Translations under genes and position numbers: made by a program
In this document: positions 1-9,881 of the stretch, in pieces
Layout: each line of letters begins with the position of its first letter
Numbering within the stretch: the stretch's first letter is position 1
Source: Spirochaetia bacterium
GTDB taxonomy: Bacteria; Spirochaetota; Spirochaetia; UBA9216
DNA: 64,000 nt
Direction: 5' to 3'
Assembly (NCBI GenBank): GCA_963677925.2
Contig: CAXXYH010000003.1
Span: forward strand, 768,001 to 832,000
Notes under the pieces: generated by a model
The model's input: the letters and a program-made list of their open reading frames with translations, nothing else
Told to the model about the DNA's origin: nothing
The model's database searches: none

Positions 1-192
1 GAAAATAAAACAGAGCAGAGGATAGACACCGACAGCATCATCTATGCAATAGGCATGAAATCAAATTCATCAACCGTTGAAAAGCTGAGATTCAGTGCGC
101 CGTTATTTTATGAGGTCGGTGACTGTGTTCACCCGAGGCTTATTAAGCAGGCCACATATGAAGGATTCTGCGCTGCTATGGATATTCTATGA
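1..192 (+). CDS. C-terminal fragment of an Fe-S/OYE-type NADH:flavin oxidoreductase (5' end outside window)
   Basis: Frame 1 reads ...DSIIYAIGMKS...YEVGDCVHPRLIKQATYEGFCAAMDIL*, matching the C-termini of the two complete paralogues in this window. Confidence 0.8.
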   Translation, partial: ENKTEQRIDTDSIIYAIGMKSNSSTVEKLRFSAPLFYEVGDCVHPRLIKQATYEGFCAAMDIL

Positions 193-193
193 C

Positions 194-282
194 AAAAAAA
201 ACACCCTGAACGAAGTCAGGGTGCTTTTGATATTCCATATCAAAGGGAGGGACCTGATGGTTTTCAGGTCCCTCTTTTTTTT
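194..282. terminator. Two tandem intrinsic terminator hairpins between convergent genes
   Basis: CACCCTGA-6-TCAGGGTG (202-223) with flanking A/T runs; GAGGGACCTGA-6-TCAGGTCCCTC (247-274) followed by T8. Confidence 0.8.
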
Positions 283-284
283 GC

Positions 285-1181
285 TTAAGCTATTCCAAGC
301 TGCTTTCTTACAGAATCACCATCGAAGGGTTTGATACCGAGGATTTCTCTTGCTTCGGCAGGAGTTGCAGGCTCGTTTCCGAAAGCCTTAACAGCACCAA
401 CTGCTCTTTCAACAAGCATCTGGTTTGTGGCCTTTATCTTTGTACCGTCTTCTTCTACGCTGTATACTACGTTGTCTTCCATACCGACACGGATATGACC
501 GCCCATGGCAAGCGCTGCATACATGATAGGCATATGTCCCTTACCGACACCGAAAGCAGACCACGTTGAACCTGCCGGAATGTGGTCAAGAAGATACATC
601 AGGTTTTCAACTTCTGCCGGCATTGCACCAAGAACACCAAGACAGAACTGGTAGTGAAGAGGAGTCTGAAGGTTACCCTTCTTTACGTAATAGTTTGTAA
701 CTCCGAGCATACCGGCATCAAAAATTTCGATCTCAGGTTTAATATTTCTTTCAGTATAAACATCAGCAAGTTCTTTAAGAAACTGCGGAGTATTCATAAA
801 AACTCCGCCGGGCATCCAGTTAAAGGAACCTGCATCAAATGAACCCATTTCAATTCCATCTAGTGTCTTATGGTGAAGCATTCTGATTGCATTTCCTTCG
901 GGGTCACCGCCTGAAACACGGTTGTCGCCTGAAGAAGTACAGTTTATAACAACATCACAATCCTTATACTCACGGATAAGTTTAATAGTTTTCTTGAATC
1001 TATCAGCATCCATGGTACCAAGTCCCTCTTCATCTCTCATATGAAGGTGAACTACAGCCGCCCCAAGTTTCCAGACCTCATATGCAGTCTTTGATATATC
1101 CTCCGGTGTTGCAGGGATATCAAAACCGGCAGGTGTTACAGCGCCGGTTATTGCGGCAGTAATAATGGTTTTCTTTGCCAT
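285..1181 (-). CDS. Beta-keto acid cleavage enzyme (BKACE/DUF849; 3-keto-5-aminohexanoate cleavage family)
   Basis: IITAAITGA start, HLH metal motif, KPEIEIFD, GHIRVGMEDN, ATPAEAREILG. Confidence 0.9.
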   Translation of the reverse strand: MAKKTIITAAITGAVTPAGFDIPATPEDISKTAYEVWKLGAAVVHLHMRDEEGLGTMDADRFKKTIKLIREYKDCDVVINCTSSGDNRVSGGDPEGNAIRMLHHKTLDGIEMGSFDAGSFNWMPGGVFMNTPQFLKELADVYTERNIKPEIEIFDAGMLGVTNYYVKKGNLQTPLHYQFCLGVLGAMPAEVENLMYLLDHIPAGSTWSAFGVGKGHMPIMYAALAMGGHIRVGMEDNVVYSVEEDGTKIKATNQMLVERAVGAVKAFGNEPATPAEAREILGIKPFDGDSVRKQLGIA

Positions 1182-1391
1182 AATATTATATTCTCCTTAA
1201 ATTATTTATCAAACTTGATTTAAAGACTGTAAAAGTCTTTTCAGGATAATCCAAAAGAATTAAACTATTAAAGTTTATTACATTAAAGTAATCATATCAA
1301 GAAAATTATAGCTGTTTGGTCCAATCATTATTGAACTTCAGACAGATGATTATATTGATCTTTTATTCTGAATACTTTTTAAAGGGCGTAT

Positions 1392-2516
1392 ATGGACGGC
1401 AGAAAAATTTTTGTAATCAATAACGGGTCAACCTCCTGTAAGATCGCATTATTCGCAGATGAAAAAGTGCTCTTCAAGGAGGAGCTGTCAATTAATTCTG
1501 AAGATATTAAAGGTATGAAGTTTGTTATAGATCAGCTTGAAATGCGTACAGAAATGGTCACCGGATTTCTTCGTAAAAATAATATTGAGCCAGCTTCTTT
1601 TGATATGATCGTTGGCAGAGGCGGGCCAATCCCTCCGAGTGAAGCAGGCGCTTATGCGGTAAACGAGCTGATGATGAATACGCTGCGATATGCACCCATG
1701 GCTCAGCATGCAAGCGCCCTGTCCTGTCTGATTGGTTATGAACTATCACGCCCTTATAACACACCGGTAATTATTTATGATGCACCGGGGTCCGATGAAT
1801 TTATCCCCGAAGCAAAAATTACCGGATTACCAGAGGTTAAAATAATACCTGTGAGCCATGTTCTTAACACAAGAATGGTTGCCCGCGAAACCGCCGAAAT
1901 GATTGGAAAACCCTATGAAGACTGCAGCTTTATAGCAGCACACCTCGGCGGCGGAATATCAATCAACATTCACAGCGGCGGTAAAATCATAGACAGTGTT
2001 TACGATGATATGGGTCCGATGTCTCCACAGCGCGCGGGACGCATCCCCACCCGCTTCATGGTTAACCTCTGTTACAGCGGAAAATACAGTAGAGCTGAAA
2101 TGAAGTACCGCCTATCCGGAGCCGGAGGTCTGACTGCCTGGTTCGGAACCCAGGATCTGCGTATCGTGGAAAAGATGATTGACTCAGGAGATAAAGAAGC
2201 AACCCTTGTTTATGATGCAATGACATATCAGATTGCGAAAGGTATCGGAGAGCTTGCACCGGTTGTAAAAGGCAAAATTGATGCAGTCATCCTGACCGGC
2301 GGATGTGCCTTCAGTAGAAGGTTCACATCAAAAATCGCGGAGCGCATAGAGTTCATCGCACCTGTAAAAATATTTCCGGGTGAACGTGAGATGGAAGCGC
2401 TTGCACTCGGAGGGCTGAGGGTTCTTCGGGGACTTGAACCAGCAAAAGAATATAATATCCTCCCCGCCGGGTACAATAGCATTGATGAGTTCAACACAGC
2501 CTTCGGAATTAAATAA
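1392..2516 (+). CDS. buk: Butyrate kinase-family acyl kinase
   Basis: INNGSTSCK, GRGG, AHLGGGIS, GPMSPQRAG, ILTGG, PGEREMEALA. Confidence 0.85.
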   Translation: MDGRKIFVINNGSTSCKIALFADEKVLFKEELSINSEDIKGMKFVIDQLEMRTEMVTGFLRKNNIEPASFDMIVGRGGPIPPSEAGAYAVNELMMNTLRYAPMAQHASALSCLIGYELSRPYNTPVIIYDAPGSDEFIPEAKITGLPEVKIIPVSHVLNTRMVARETAEMIGKPYEDCSFIAAHLGGGISINIHSGGKIIDSVYDDMGPMSPQRAGRIPTRFMVNLCYSGKYSRAEMKYRLSGAGGLTAWFGTQDLRIVEKMIDSGDKEATLVYDAMTYQIAKGIGELAPVVKGKIDAVILTGGCAFSRRFTSKIAERIEFIAPVKIFPGEREMEALALGGLRVLRGLEPAKEYNILPAGYNSIDEFNTAFGIK

Positions 2517-2546
2517 AAAGGGCTGACTTCTTATAAGCCAGCCCTG
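2515..2546. terminator. Bidirectional terminator
   Basis: AGGGCTGACTT...AAGCCAGCCCT stem between convergent genes. Confidence 0.7.
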
Positions 2547-2583
2547 ATATCGATTGTTTAATTACCTGCAGTAAAATCCTGCG

Positions 2584-4590
2584 CTAAATACGGTGCGCTA
2601 CACTGAATGCGCTTCTCATGGCTTCCTGTACTGTAGCAGGTTTCCTGCAGTCGGCAAGCATATAGAACTCTGCGGCAATACCGTAGAAATCAAGCGCTTC
2701 ATCCTTCAGAGGTTTCATACCTGCTGAAACAACAACATTATCGCAGGATATGGATTTAATAATTCCGCCAGCATCACTGTAGAGGACTTCTCCGTCCTTA
2801 ATCTCCACAACCTTGACATTCAGAAGAGCATGACAGTTCTTATGCTTTTCCCAGTAGGCTGTAAAAATTTCATGATAGTGAATCTTGGTTGCTTCTGCGG
2901 CAAGCTCATCCTTCATTTCAAGAACTGTTGCTTCACAGCCTTTTTCTTCAAGCAGCATTGCAGCCTCGACTCCAACTTCGCCGCCTCCGATTACGACAAC
3001 CTTCCTGCCGAATATTTCCGGTTTATGAAACGCATCGGAAGCTGATTTCACAAATTCTTTTTCTACGCCCGGTATCGGAGGAGTGGCAGGAACAGCACCC
3101 AAGGCCGCAACTATTGCATCATAATTTTCTTTTGCAAGAAGTTTCGGAGTTGCTTCGGTATTCATATTTATTTTAACTGCCCGTTTTTCCACCTGTGCGA
3201 TCAGCCAGTTTTTAAGATGCATTAAAGGCCATTTAAAGGGAGCATGATCGGAATGCTTTATTGCTCCGCCGAGTTCATCTGATTTTTCATAGAGCGTTAC
3301 ATCATGCCCCCGGTCGTGGAGATACATTGCACAGCGCATACCCGCTGGCCCGCCGCCTACAACGGCCACCTTCTTCTTACGGGTTACAGGGGAAATCATG
3401 CGGTCTATTTTGTGCTCAAGTCCGATGATAGGATTAACCGAACAGACAGAAACGAAGGGGTCATTTACACCGCGGCCGTGGCACTTGTTGCAGCGGATAC
3501 ATGGAACAACATCTTCAGGTCTGCCTTCCTTTACCATTTCGATATAATCAGGATTTGAAATCCAGGCTCTTGCCATATAGATCAGATCCAGCTTACCCTC
3601 TGCAAGAGCCTTCTCACAGGTGTCAAGATAATGGTAGCCTCCGGTACTGCCTACAATTAGATCATCACCTACCGCCTTTTTTATATAAGCGGCCTTTTCC
3701 AGAAAGGGAGTTTCCTCCAAGGTGAATCCAGTAGGATGGGCATCATCAACATTTTTGGCCCGCAGCTGGACAACGTCGATATACTTCTTTGCTTCATTCA
3801 GAAAGGTAACTGAATCATCAAGGGTATACCCTCCCTCTTCGTCTTCCTGTGACCAGATAATTTCCACAAGGAAATTTTTTCCGACTTTTTCACGAATCCT
3901 CTTAAGAACCTCAAGCGGAAACTTCATCCGGTTTTCAAGACTTCCACCATAGCCATCAGTTCTTTTATTTGTGATGGGCGACATAAACTTTGACGGAAGG
4001 TTGGCCCGGTAGCAGTAATGGATGCTTATCATATCAAAACCGAGCATCTTAAGAAGTGAGGCCTGCTCAGCATATGAATCACATATTTTATCGAGAGTTT
4101 CCTTGTCGTAGTCCTCGGGATTACCATGTGCAAATATTTTCTCAATCTCAAACTCCCGCATCGGCGGAGGGGCAAGCTCACCCGGCTTTACTTTTACAGG
4201 TTCAGGATCCTTCCACTTCATAATAGGATATGCAGACGGCGGGCCGACAAAAATTCCCATACAGGCGATTGAGTCGTGATAATGAATTGAATCAGCAAGC
4301 TGAAGAAGATAGTTCTGAGAGTTGGAATCGTACAGATCATAATCAGGGAAATGACTGAAATCGGCTTCCATCGGAAGCTGCTTTCCGATCGTAAAATTAT
4401 TTATTCCCATACATGTGGTAACAGCGGAACCTTTCGCCTTTCCTTCATAATGAGCAATTACACTGTCGGCAGGATATGTCTCAGGGCCCTGCAGAAAGTG
4501 CGGAAGTGAATTGGCAGCAACCATCCGGTTTTTAAATATATAGTTTCCTACTTTCAAAGGTGAAAGAAGGTGCTTATATCTGGGTTCCAT
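2584..4590 (-). CDS. Fe-S flavoenzyme, OYE/2,4-dienoyl-CoA reductase-like (BaiCD/BaiH-type architecture)
   Basis: NKRTDGYGGSLENRMKF, CIRCNKC...CSVNP Fe-S motif, VVGGGPAG and VIGGGEVG Rossmann motifs. Confidence 0.9.
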   Translation of the reverse strand: MEPRYKHLLSPLKVGNYIFKNRMVAANSLPHFLQGPETYPADSVIAHYEGKAKGSAVTTCMGINNFTIGKQLPMEADFSHFPDYDLYDSNSQNYLLQLADSIHYHDSIACMGIFVGPPSAYPIMKWKDPEPVKVKPGELAPPPMREFEIEKIFAHGNPEDYDKETLDKICDSYAEQASLLKMLGFDMISIHYCYRANLPSKFMSPITNKRTDGYGGSLENRMKFPLEVLKRIREKVGKNFLVEIIWSQEDEEGGYTLDDSVTFLNEAKKYIDVVQLRAKNVDDAHPTGFTLEETPFLEKAAYIKKAVGDDLIVGSTGGYHYLDTCEKALAEGKLDLIYMARAWISNPDYIEMVKEGRPEDVVPCIRCNKCHGRGVNDPFVSVCSVNPIIGLEHKIDRMISPVTRKKKVAVVGGGPAGMRCAMYLHDRGHDVTLYEKSDELGGAIKHSDHAPFKWPLMHLKNWLIAQVEKRAVKINMNTEATPKLLAKENYDAIVAALGAVPATPPIPGVEKEFVKSASDAFHKPEIFGRKVVVIGGGEVGVEAAMLLEEKGCEATVLEMKDELAAEATKIHYHEIFTAYWEKHKNCHALLNVKVVEIKDGEVLYSDAGGIIKSISCDNVVVSAGMKPLKDEALDFYGIAAEFYMLADCRKPATVQEAMRSAFSVAHRI

Positions 4591-4659
4591 TATAAACTCC
4601 TTGATTTATTTTTAGAGGGTTAGTTTTTTTATCCGTAATTTTTTAAGTTCAATTTAAAC

Positions 4660-4686
4660 GAAAAGGCGCATATACTGCGCCTTTTC
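4660..4686 (-). terminator. Intra-operon hairpin after dctP
   Basis: AAAAGGCGCA-5-TGCGCCTTTT. Confidence 0.65.
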
Positions 4687-4704
4687 ATATTTTTAAAATT
4701 GCTG

Positions 4705-5766
4705 TTAGAAAGAAATATTGTAGTTTGTGAACTCTGCCGCAGCCTTTAGTGCAGCCTTGATTTCAGCATCAAGCCCTCTCTCTTCAGCTGTCTTAAGAGA
4801 CATATCAACCTTTGACATGAACACTGCATTCCACCATGTGTCAAAGTCTGAATCACTCATTTCTACAACAGTACAGCCCTTGTCTTTAAGAAGCTGAACC
4901 TCATCTGCAATTGCCGATTCGTAGATAGTTGCACTGTACGCCATTACTTCATCAGCAGCCTGCTGAATGAGAGCCTGCTGGTCGGCAGAGAGACTGTCCC
5001 ACCATGCCAGGTTTACAGTAAGAAAGTTTCCTGCTGTGTATGTGTTATCAAGCATCCAGTAATCAGCAACTTCATAAATGCTCATTGAAATCATCGGGGC
5101 AAAACCCATCTGAGTTGCATCAACAACACCTCGGTCGAAGAAGTCATACATATCCCATGGGAGCATCTGAGTAACTCTGAAACCAAGTGATTCAAATTTT
5201 GCTGCTTCCATGTTTCCGAAAGAAGATGACCCCTTTGCCATGCTGGCAAGATCTGTAAAAGCGAAATTAGCACAGAATGCATTTGCACCGCCTGCGATTA
5301 CATTAAGGTACTTGATACCGTTCTTTTCAGCTTCAGCCTGAACAGCTGCTGAACTGTCAGAATCTTCAAAAAGAATATGCTTGAAGTAGTTCAATGCGTT
5401 CTCACTGTTATCCGGCGCAAAGTCGGGAACTGAACAAAGAATCGGAAGAGTTGCAAAATGCGGATTGTGACCTAGTGCAATCATCTGAACTGCACCGCTT
5501 GAAACAGCTTCAAGCTGATCATCATTTCCGTAAAGAGTTCCACCGTATTTAATGTTTACACGAATTTTACCATCTGAAATTTCCCCAAGGTTTTCAGCAA
5601 AATGCTTTAAAAGTGCACCCCCGGTTTCTGTTTCAGCAAAAGTTGAAGAAAAAAGAATTGTAAGAGGTTTTACACCTCCGTCTGATGAAGCTTCCTGACT
5701 TCCTGAAGCGAAGGCAGCGGAAGCAATGAGAGCCAATACAGCTAATAAAGCTATACCTTTTTTCAT
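4705..5766 (-). CDS. dctP: TRAP transporter substrate-binding protein (divergent)
   Basis: Signal peptide ...AFASGSQE, GGTLYG, FDRGVVDA, WWDSLSADQQ; adjacent to dctQM. Confidence 0.85.
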   Translation of the reverse strand: MKKGIALLAVLALIASAAFASGSQEASSDGGVKPLTILFSSTFAETETGGALLKHFAENLGEISDGKIRVNIKYGGTLYGNDDQLEAVSSGAVQMIALGHNPHFATLPILCSVPDFAPDNSENALNYFKHILFEDSDSSAAVQAEAEKNGIKYLNVIAGGANAFCANFAFTDLASMAKGSSSFGNMEAAKFESLGFRVTQMLPWDMYDFFDRGVVDATQMGFAPMISMSIYEVADYWMLDNTYTAGNFLTVNLAWWDSLSADQQALIQQAADEVMAYSATIYESAIADEVQLLKDKGCTVVEMSDSDFDTWWNAVFMSKVDMSLKTAEERGLDAEIKAALKAAAEFTNYNISF

Positions 5767-5805
5767 AATAGATCCCCCTAAAATAAATTTATTAATATTT
5801 ATTAC

Positions 5806-7155
5806 TTATGCCTTACCAAGCAGTGAAGGCAAAAATGTAACCAAATCAGGAAAAAATGCGATAACGAAAACCATCAGTATCTCACATATAAAAAACGGAA
5901 TAACGCCTTTAAAGATACTTGACGGATTAACTCTCAGCGCGTTTGCAGTTGCAAAAACGTTCATGCCTATCGGCGGTGTAAGCCCGGCAATCTCGGTCAT
6001 AAAACAAAGAGCTATAATAACTGCATATGGTGAATATCCGAGTGCAGTGAGAATCGGAAAAACAACCGGTACTGTAATAATGATGATTGAAACAATATCC
6101 ATAACGCATCCGCATACAATGTAAAGAAGCATTACAAGCAGGAAGATTATAAAAACCGGAGCATTTAATGCTGCAATAGCTGTGGACAGATAATCGGCCA
6201 AACCGCTTAATGCGATAAAACGTGAGAATATCTGACCGCCTACGATGATCGGAAAGATACCGCCTTCCATCAGGGCAGAATCCCAGATACAGTGAAAGAT
6301 ATGCTTAAGCGGAATTCTTTTTACCAAAGCATAAATACATACAGCAACAGCACCGATTGCACCGCCTACTGTAGCAGTGAACCATCCTAAAATCGTACCG
6401 CCGATAATCAGAGCGAACAGAGCAAGAATCGGAACAATCAATTTCAAAGATTTCAGCTTTTCAATCAGAGGAACTCTTTCTCCGGAGGAAGGAGGAATTG
6501 AACCCTTTTTAACTACCCCAAGCAGCCTCACGGTTACTGCAAGAGCAAGTGCTGTCACAATACCCGGGACAATTCCCGAAACCAGTGCAGTTCCTACCGA
6601 AATAGTCATGCGCTGCCCATGGAAAAGAATCGGACTTGGGGCCACCATACAGAACATTAGGATTCCCATGCTTGGAGGAATCAGCGTTGAAAGTGCGCCG
6701 GCTGCAGTAATACAGCCCATTGAATAAGATTCATCATACTTTGCTTTTTTTAGTTCAGGAATCGCAAGCTTTCCGAATACAATATTACCGGCTACAGACG
6801 AACCCGAACATGCACCGAATATCGCGTTGGAAGCAATGACAGTATAAAGAAGTCCTCCCCTTACCCTGCCAAGCCATTTGTGCATTGAAGCAAAAGCGCC
6901 TTCTGCAATCCCCGTCGCCCCGGCGAGGGCTCCGACAAGCATAAACAAAGGAAGAACCGCAAAATTATAATTTGCGCCAAGATTAAAAATTGCATCGGTG
7001 AACTGGGTGAGTGTCATATGCATTGTTCCGAAGCTTATAGCAATGAATCCTCCGAATGAAGCGACAAGCATCGATATAAAAACCGGAATCCCGCAGAAGA
7101 TCATCACCATCATTCCGACAAAAAAGCCAATACCTATTAGTGTTTCTGGTGTCAT
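5806..7155 (-). CDS. dctM: TRAP transporter large permease
   Basis: LPLFMLVG, FGACSGSS, LIPPS, TPPIGMN; start moved to ATG at 7155 (MTPETLIG). Confidence 0.92.
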   Translation of the reverse strand: MTPETLIGIGFFVGMMVMIFCGIPVFISMLVASFGGFIAISFGTMHMTLTQFTDAIFNLGANYNFAVLPLFMLVGALAGATGIAEGAFASMHKWLGRVRGGLLYTVIASNAIFGACSGSSVAGNIVFGKLAIPELKKAKYDESYSMGCITAAGALSTLIPPSMGILMFCMVAPSPILFHGQRMTISVGTALVSGIVPGIVTALALAVTVRLLGVVKKGSIPPSSGERVPLIEKLKSLKLIVPILALFALIIGGTILGWFTATVGGAIGAVAVCIYALVKRIPLKHIFHCIWDSALMEGGIFPIIVGGQIFSRFIALSGLADYLSTAIAALNAPVFIIFLLVMLLYIVCGCVMDIVSIIIITVPVVFPILTALGYSPYAVIIALCFMTEIAGLTPPIGMNVFATANALRVNPSSIFKGVIPFFICEILMVFVIAFFPDLVTFLPSLLGKA

Positions 7156-7168
7156 AAAATAATTTCCT

Positions 7169-7747
7169 TTAAACTTCCTCTGCGAATTTAATTTCTTCAG
7201 GGCCCTCAGGTTCCGGATCTGCAAAAACTCTTACAATAGCCCATATAAAAGATATTCCAAGAAGCAAAAAACCGAGTCCATGAACAAATGCGAACGGCCA
7301 TTTGGGCCAGGCGACTACACTCGTCTGTGATGTTATTGGTGATTTAGTTTCATAAAACCTAACCATCAGCACAAAGAAAGCACGGTAACTGATGAACAGG
7401 GTTATAGCTGCGCCCAGTGCATGACCGAGTACAATAAAGAATTTCTGAACAGCTTTCGGGAATTTTGATGACAGCATATCAATTGCAGTATGCCCTCGAT
7501 CAAGCGTAACAAAAGCTGAAGCAAGAAAAACGACCGGAATATGAAAGTACTGAATCAACGCCATCGACATCGGTATTCCGCTTACAAAGGGCACACCCGC
7601 TTTAGCCAATTTCTCACCAACAACGTTTAGAAAAGCTATCAGCATGATGATAACAAGACAGACGGCTGAGATGTAAGAAATTGTCTTGATGACTGAAACC
7701 AGAGTTCGATCTATTTTTTGAAAAACAGTGCTGTTATTAGCATCCAA
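7169..7747 (-). CDS. dctQ: TRAP transporter small permease
   Basis: Four hydrophobic segments, GHTAIDML motif, TTG start with GGAGG upstream. Confidence 0.85.
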   Translation of the reverse strand: MDANNSTVFQKIDRTLVSVIKTISYISAVCLVIIMLIAFLNVVGEKLAKAGVPFVSGIPMSMALIQYFHIPVVFLASAFVTLDRGHTAIDMLSSKFPKAVQKFFIVLGHALGAAITLFISYRAFFVLMVRFYETKSPITSQTSVVAWPKWPFAFVHGLGFLLLGISFIWAIVRVFADPEPEGPEEIKFAEEV

Positions 7748-7833
7748 AATGTTCCAGACCTCCGTTGGAAAAGTATTTAAGAATAAAATAAAAATTTACG
7801 GATATGGCATTATAGGAGAGCAAATCGCAGCCT

Positions 7834-7873
7834 GCAACGTACATTATTGTACTTTCAGCACTCAAATTAATAC
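7834..7873 (-). promoter_or_regulatory. Promoter/operator element, copy 1 (shared with 21866-21905)
   Basis: 37/40 nt identical to 21866-21905; TTGAGT-18-TACGTT with a GTACA-4-TGTAC inverted repeat. Confidence 0.7.
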
Positions 7874-8005
7874 AAAAAAAACATATTTTTCACACAATTA
7901 ATAGCGGAACCTTTTTATATTCCGTAAGGATTGAATTTTGCTTACATATTATTATACAATACTGCTTCAGTATCAGCACCAGCTGAGCTTCGGAGCATAT
8001 TGTAT

Positions 8006-8596
8006 ATGGAAAATAGAAAGCTGACCCGTAAAGAGCAGGCAAAGATAACTCAGGATAAAATTTTCAGTTCTGCAATAGATTTAATGGAAAAAAAAGGTTT
8101 TGACAACATGACCATCAGCGATATTATCAGTCATGCTGATGTATCAGTAGGAACTTTTTATCATTATTTCAAATCAAAAGAAGACGTTTTCTTCGAGTTA
8201 TACAGAAATGCAGATCAATATTTCAAGGAAATTGCTTTGCTTGATATCGAAATCAGCAAAGGTTCCTCAGCCGATAAAATAGTACTTTTCTTTATTCACT
8301 ATGCAAAATTCAATATAAACAACGGTCTCCAGAACGTCAGCCAGCTGTACAGCACAAAAAATAAGTTATTCATTGGAAAAAACAGGTACATGATACATCT
8401 TCTGAAACAGCTGATCGAAAACGGCCAGCAGAATTCTGAGTTAAGAACCGATATAAGTGTAGAAGCGATAGTTGATCAACTCTTTATAACCGGACGAGGT
8501 ATTGTGTTTGACTGGTGTCTGCATGATGGAAAATATGATCTGGAACAGAAAATGCGTATAATCTTTGAAAATTATATCCGGATGTTTCTACAATAG
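8006..8596 (+). CDS. TetR/AcrR family regulator
   Basis: HTH GFDNMTISDI...VSVGTFYHYFKSKEDV; ATG at 8006; upstream TTGAAT-18-TACAAT and ATACTG-3-CAGTAT palindrome (7959-7973). Confidence 0.92.
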   Translation: MENRKLTRKEQAKITQDKIFSSAIDLMEKKGFDNMTISDIISHADVSVGTFYHYFKSKEDVFFELYRNADQYFKEIALLDIEISKGSSADKIVLFFIHYAKFNINNGLQNVSQLYSTKNKLFIGKNRYMIHLLKQLIENGQQNSELRTDISVEAIVDQLFITGRGIVFDWCLHDGKYDLEQKMRIIFENYIRMFLQ

Positions 8597-8604
8597 ATTA
8601 ATAT

Positions 8605-8642
8605 AAAAAACCGAATGGAATGAATTACCATTCGGTTTTTTT
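8605..8642. terminator. Bidirectional terminator
   Basis: AAAAAACCGAATGG-9-CCATTCGGTTTTTT. Confidence 0.85.
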
Positions 8643-8656
8643 CAACTTTCAGCTTA

Positions 8657-9712
8657 TTACTGATGTGAATAAAGCTGAATGCCCTCTTCAAGAGCTTCAA
8701 ACTTGAAAAGCCATGTTCCGCCGGGTCCTGCACCCTGGAGGTATGCCTCTTTTGATCCCGGCTTTATTGCCAGGTTCGGCGTCATGTTGTAAGCGGCTCT
8801 GTCCGGCACAAGAATATTCAGGATCGGAAGCCCCATGGGATCAATGACAAGTACACGACCGCCCATCTGCATAGCCTGATAAAGGTTTCCTTTTGCATCA
8901 ACCTTGTTTGAATCGGGCGCGGTGAGTCCTGTATTACGGTATACATAAGAGAAGCCCATGATGTGCTCCATATGAGTTCCGTCTTCAGTCAGATTCATCT
9001 GTACAACAACATTTCTGCCGGGTTCTGCAACCCAGAGAGTCCTTCCATTGGGAGCGAGACAAATACCGTTACATGCAGCCATGTTTCCGGCAATCTTATG
9101 AAGAACCTTGTATCCGCCTTCAGCATCAAGCCTGAAAACACCGCCGATCGGCTCAACAGCTGAACCGCTGAAGTCGGTAAAGTAGAGGTTACCCTCATTA
9201 TCAAAAACTACATCGTTTATGCTTAGTCTTCTGCCTTCATCAAGCGGAGTAAGAGTTTCAAGCAGTTCTCCGTCTTTGCTGATTATCAGAATATCACCGG
9301 TAAGGCTGCAAGCAAACAGTCTGCCGTCCTTGTGAAATGCAAGACCTACAGGAATCTGTCCCGGAGCTTCATAGAATGCTGTCAGATTTTTATCTGCATC
9401 AATCTTAACTATAGTAGGAAGCGGCGCACCAGGAACCGGAGGAGTTGTTCTGCAGACATAGAGGTTTCCCTCTCTGTCAAAGGCAGGACCTTCCATACCG
9501 GGCTGTTCATCCGCACCGGCAATCTCTATCCAGGGTTCTGCAACAATGTAAGGCAGTTCAGCTACATCAGCAGGAAGACCGGGAATTTTTTCTACAACAG
9601 GTGCGGTTTCCTGCACCGGAGCTGATTCTTCAGCCTGAGGCTGAGCGAAGAGAGCTGCAGGAAGCAAAACAGCTAAGACCAGCAGCATACAGAGTACAAG
9701 TTTTTTTGTCAT
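8657..9712 (-). CDS. Exported SMP-30/gluconolactonase (Drp35-like) beta-propeller lactonase
   Basis: Signal peptide; MEGPAFDREG, INDVVFD..GNLYFTDF, CNGI, PDSNKVDAKGNLY. Confidence 0.85.
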   Translation of the reverse strand: MTKKLVLCMLLVLAVLLPAALFAQPQAEESAPVQETAPVVEKIPGLPADVAELPYIVAEPWIEIAGADEQPGMEGPAFDREGNLYVCRTTPPVPGAPLPTIVKIDADKNLTAFYEAPGQIPVGLAFHKDGRLFACSLTGDILIISKDGELLETLTPLDEGRRLSINDVVFDNEGNLYFTDFSGSAVEPIGGVFRLDAEGGYKVLHKIAGNMAACNGICLAPNGRTLWVAEPGRNVVVQMNLTEDGTHMEHIMGFSYVYRNTGLTAPDSNKVDAKGNLYQAMQMGGRVLVIDPMGLPILNILVPDRAAYNMTPNLAIKPGSKEAYLQGAGPGGTWLFKFEALEEGIQLYSHQ

Positions 9713-9881
9713 TTTTTCTCCTTTTCATATATTTACTTCTATCTAACCTTTTATATAGAAGATTTTGAGCTGAATTGATTTAATTTCCGTATATTGTGTT
9801 ATCAAGCTTTTTTTCTAATTCTTCTATGGACATTGAAAATTACCTACCTTCAAAAAATCAACCCGTACACAGGATTCACTT

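Noticed and set aside
1291-1360. Fourth LysR-type promoter upstream of BKACE (ATTGGACC)
   Set aside because: The upstream boxes and -10 spacing do not fit the other three copies
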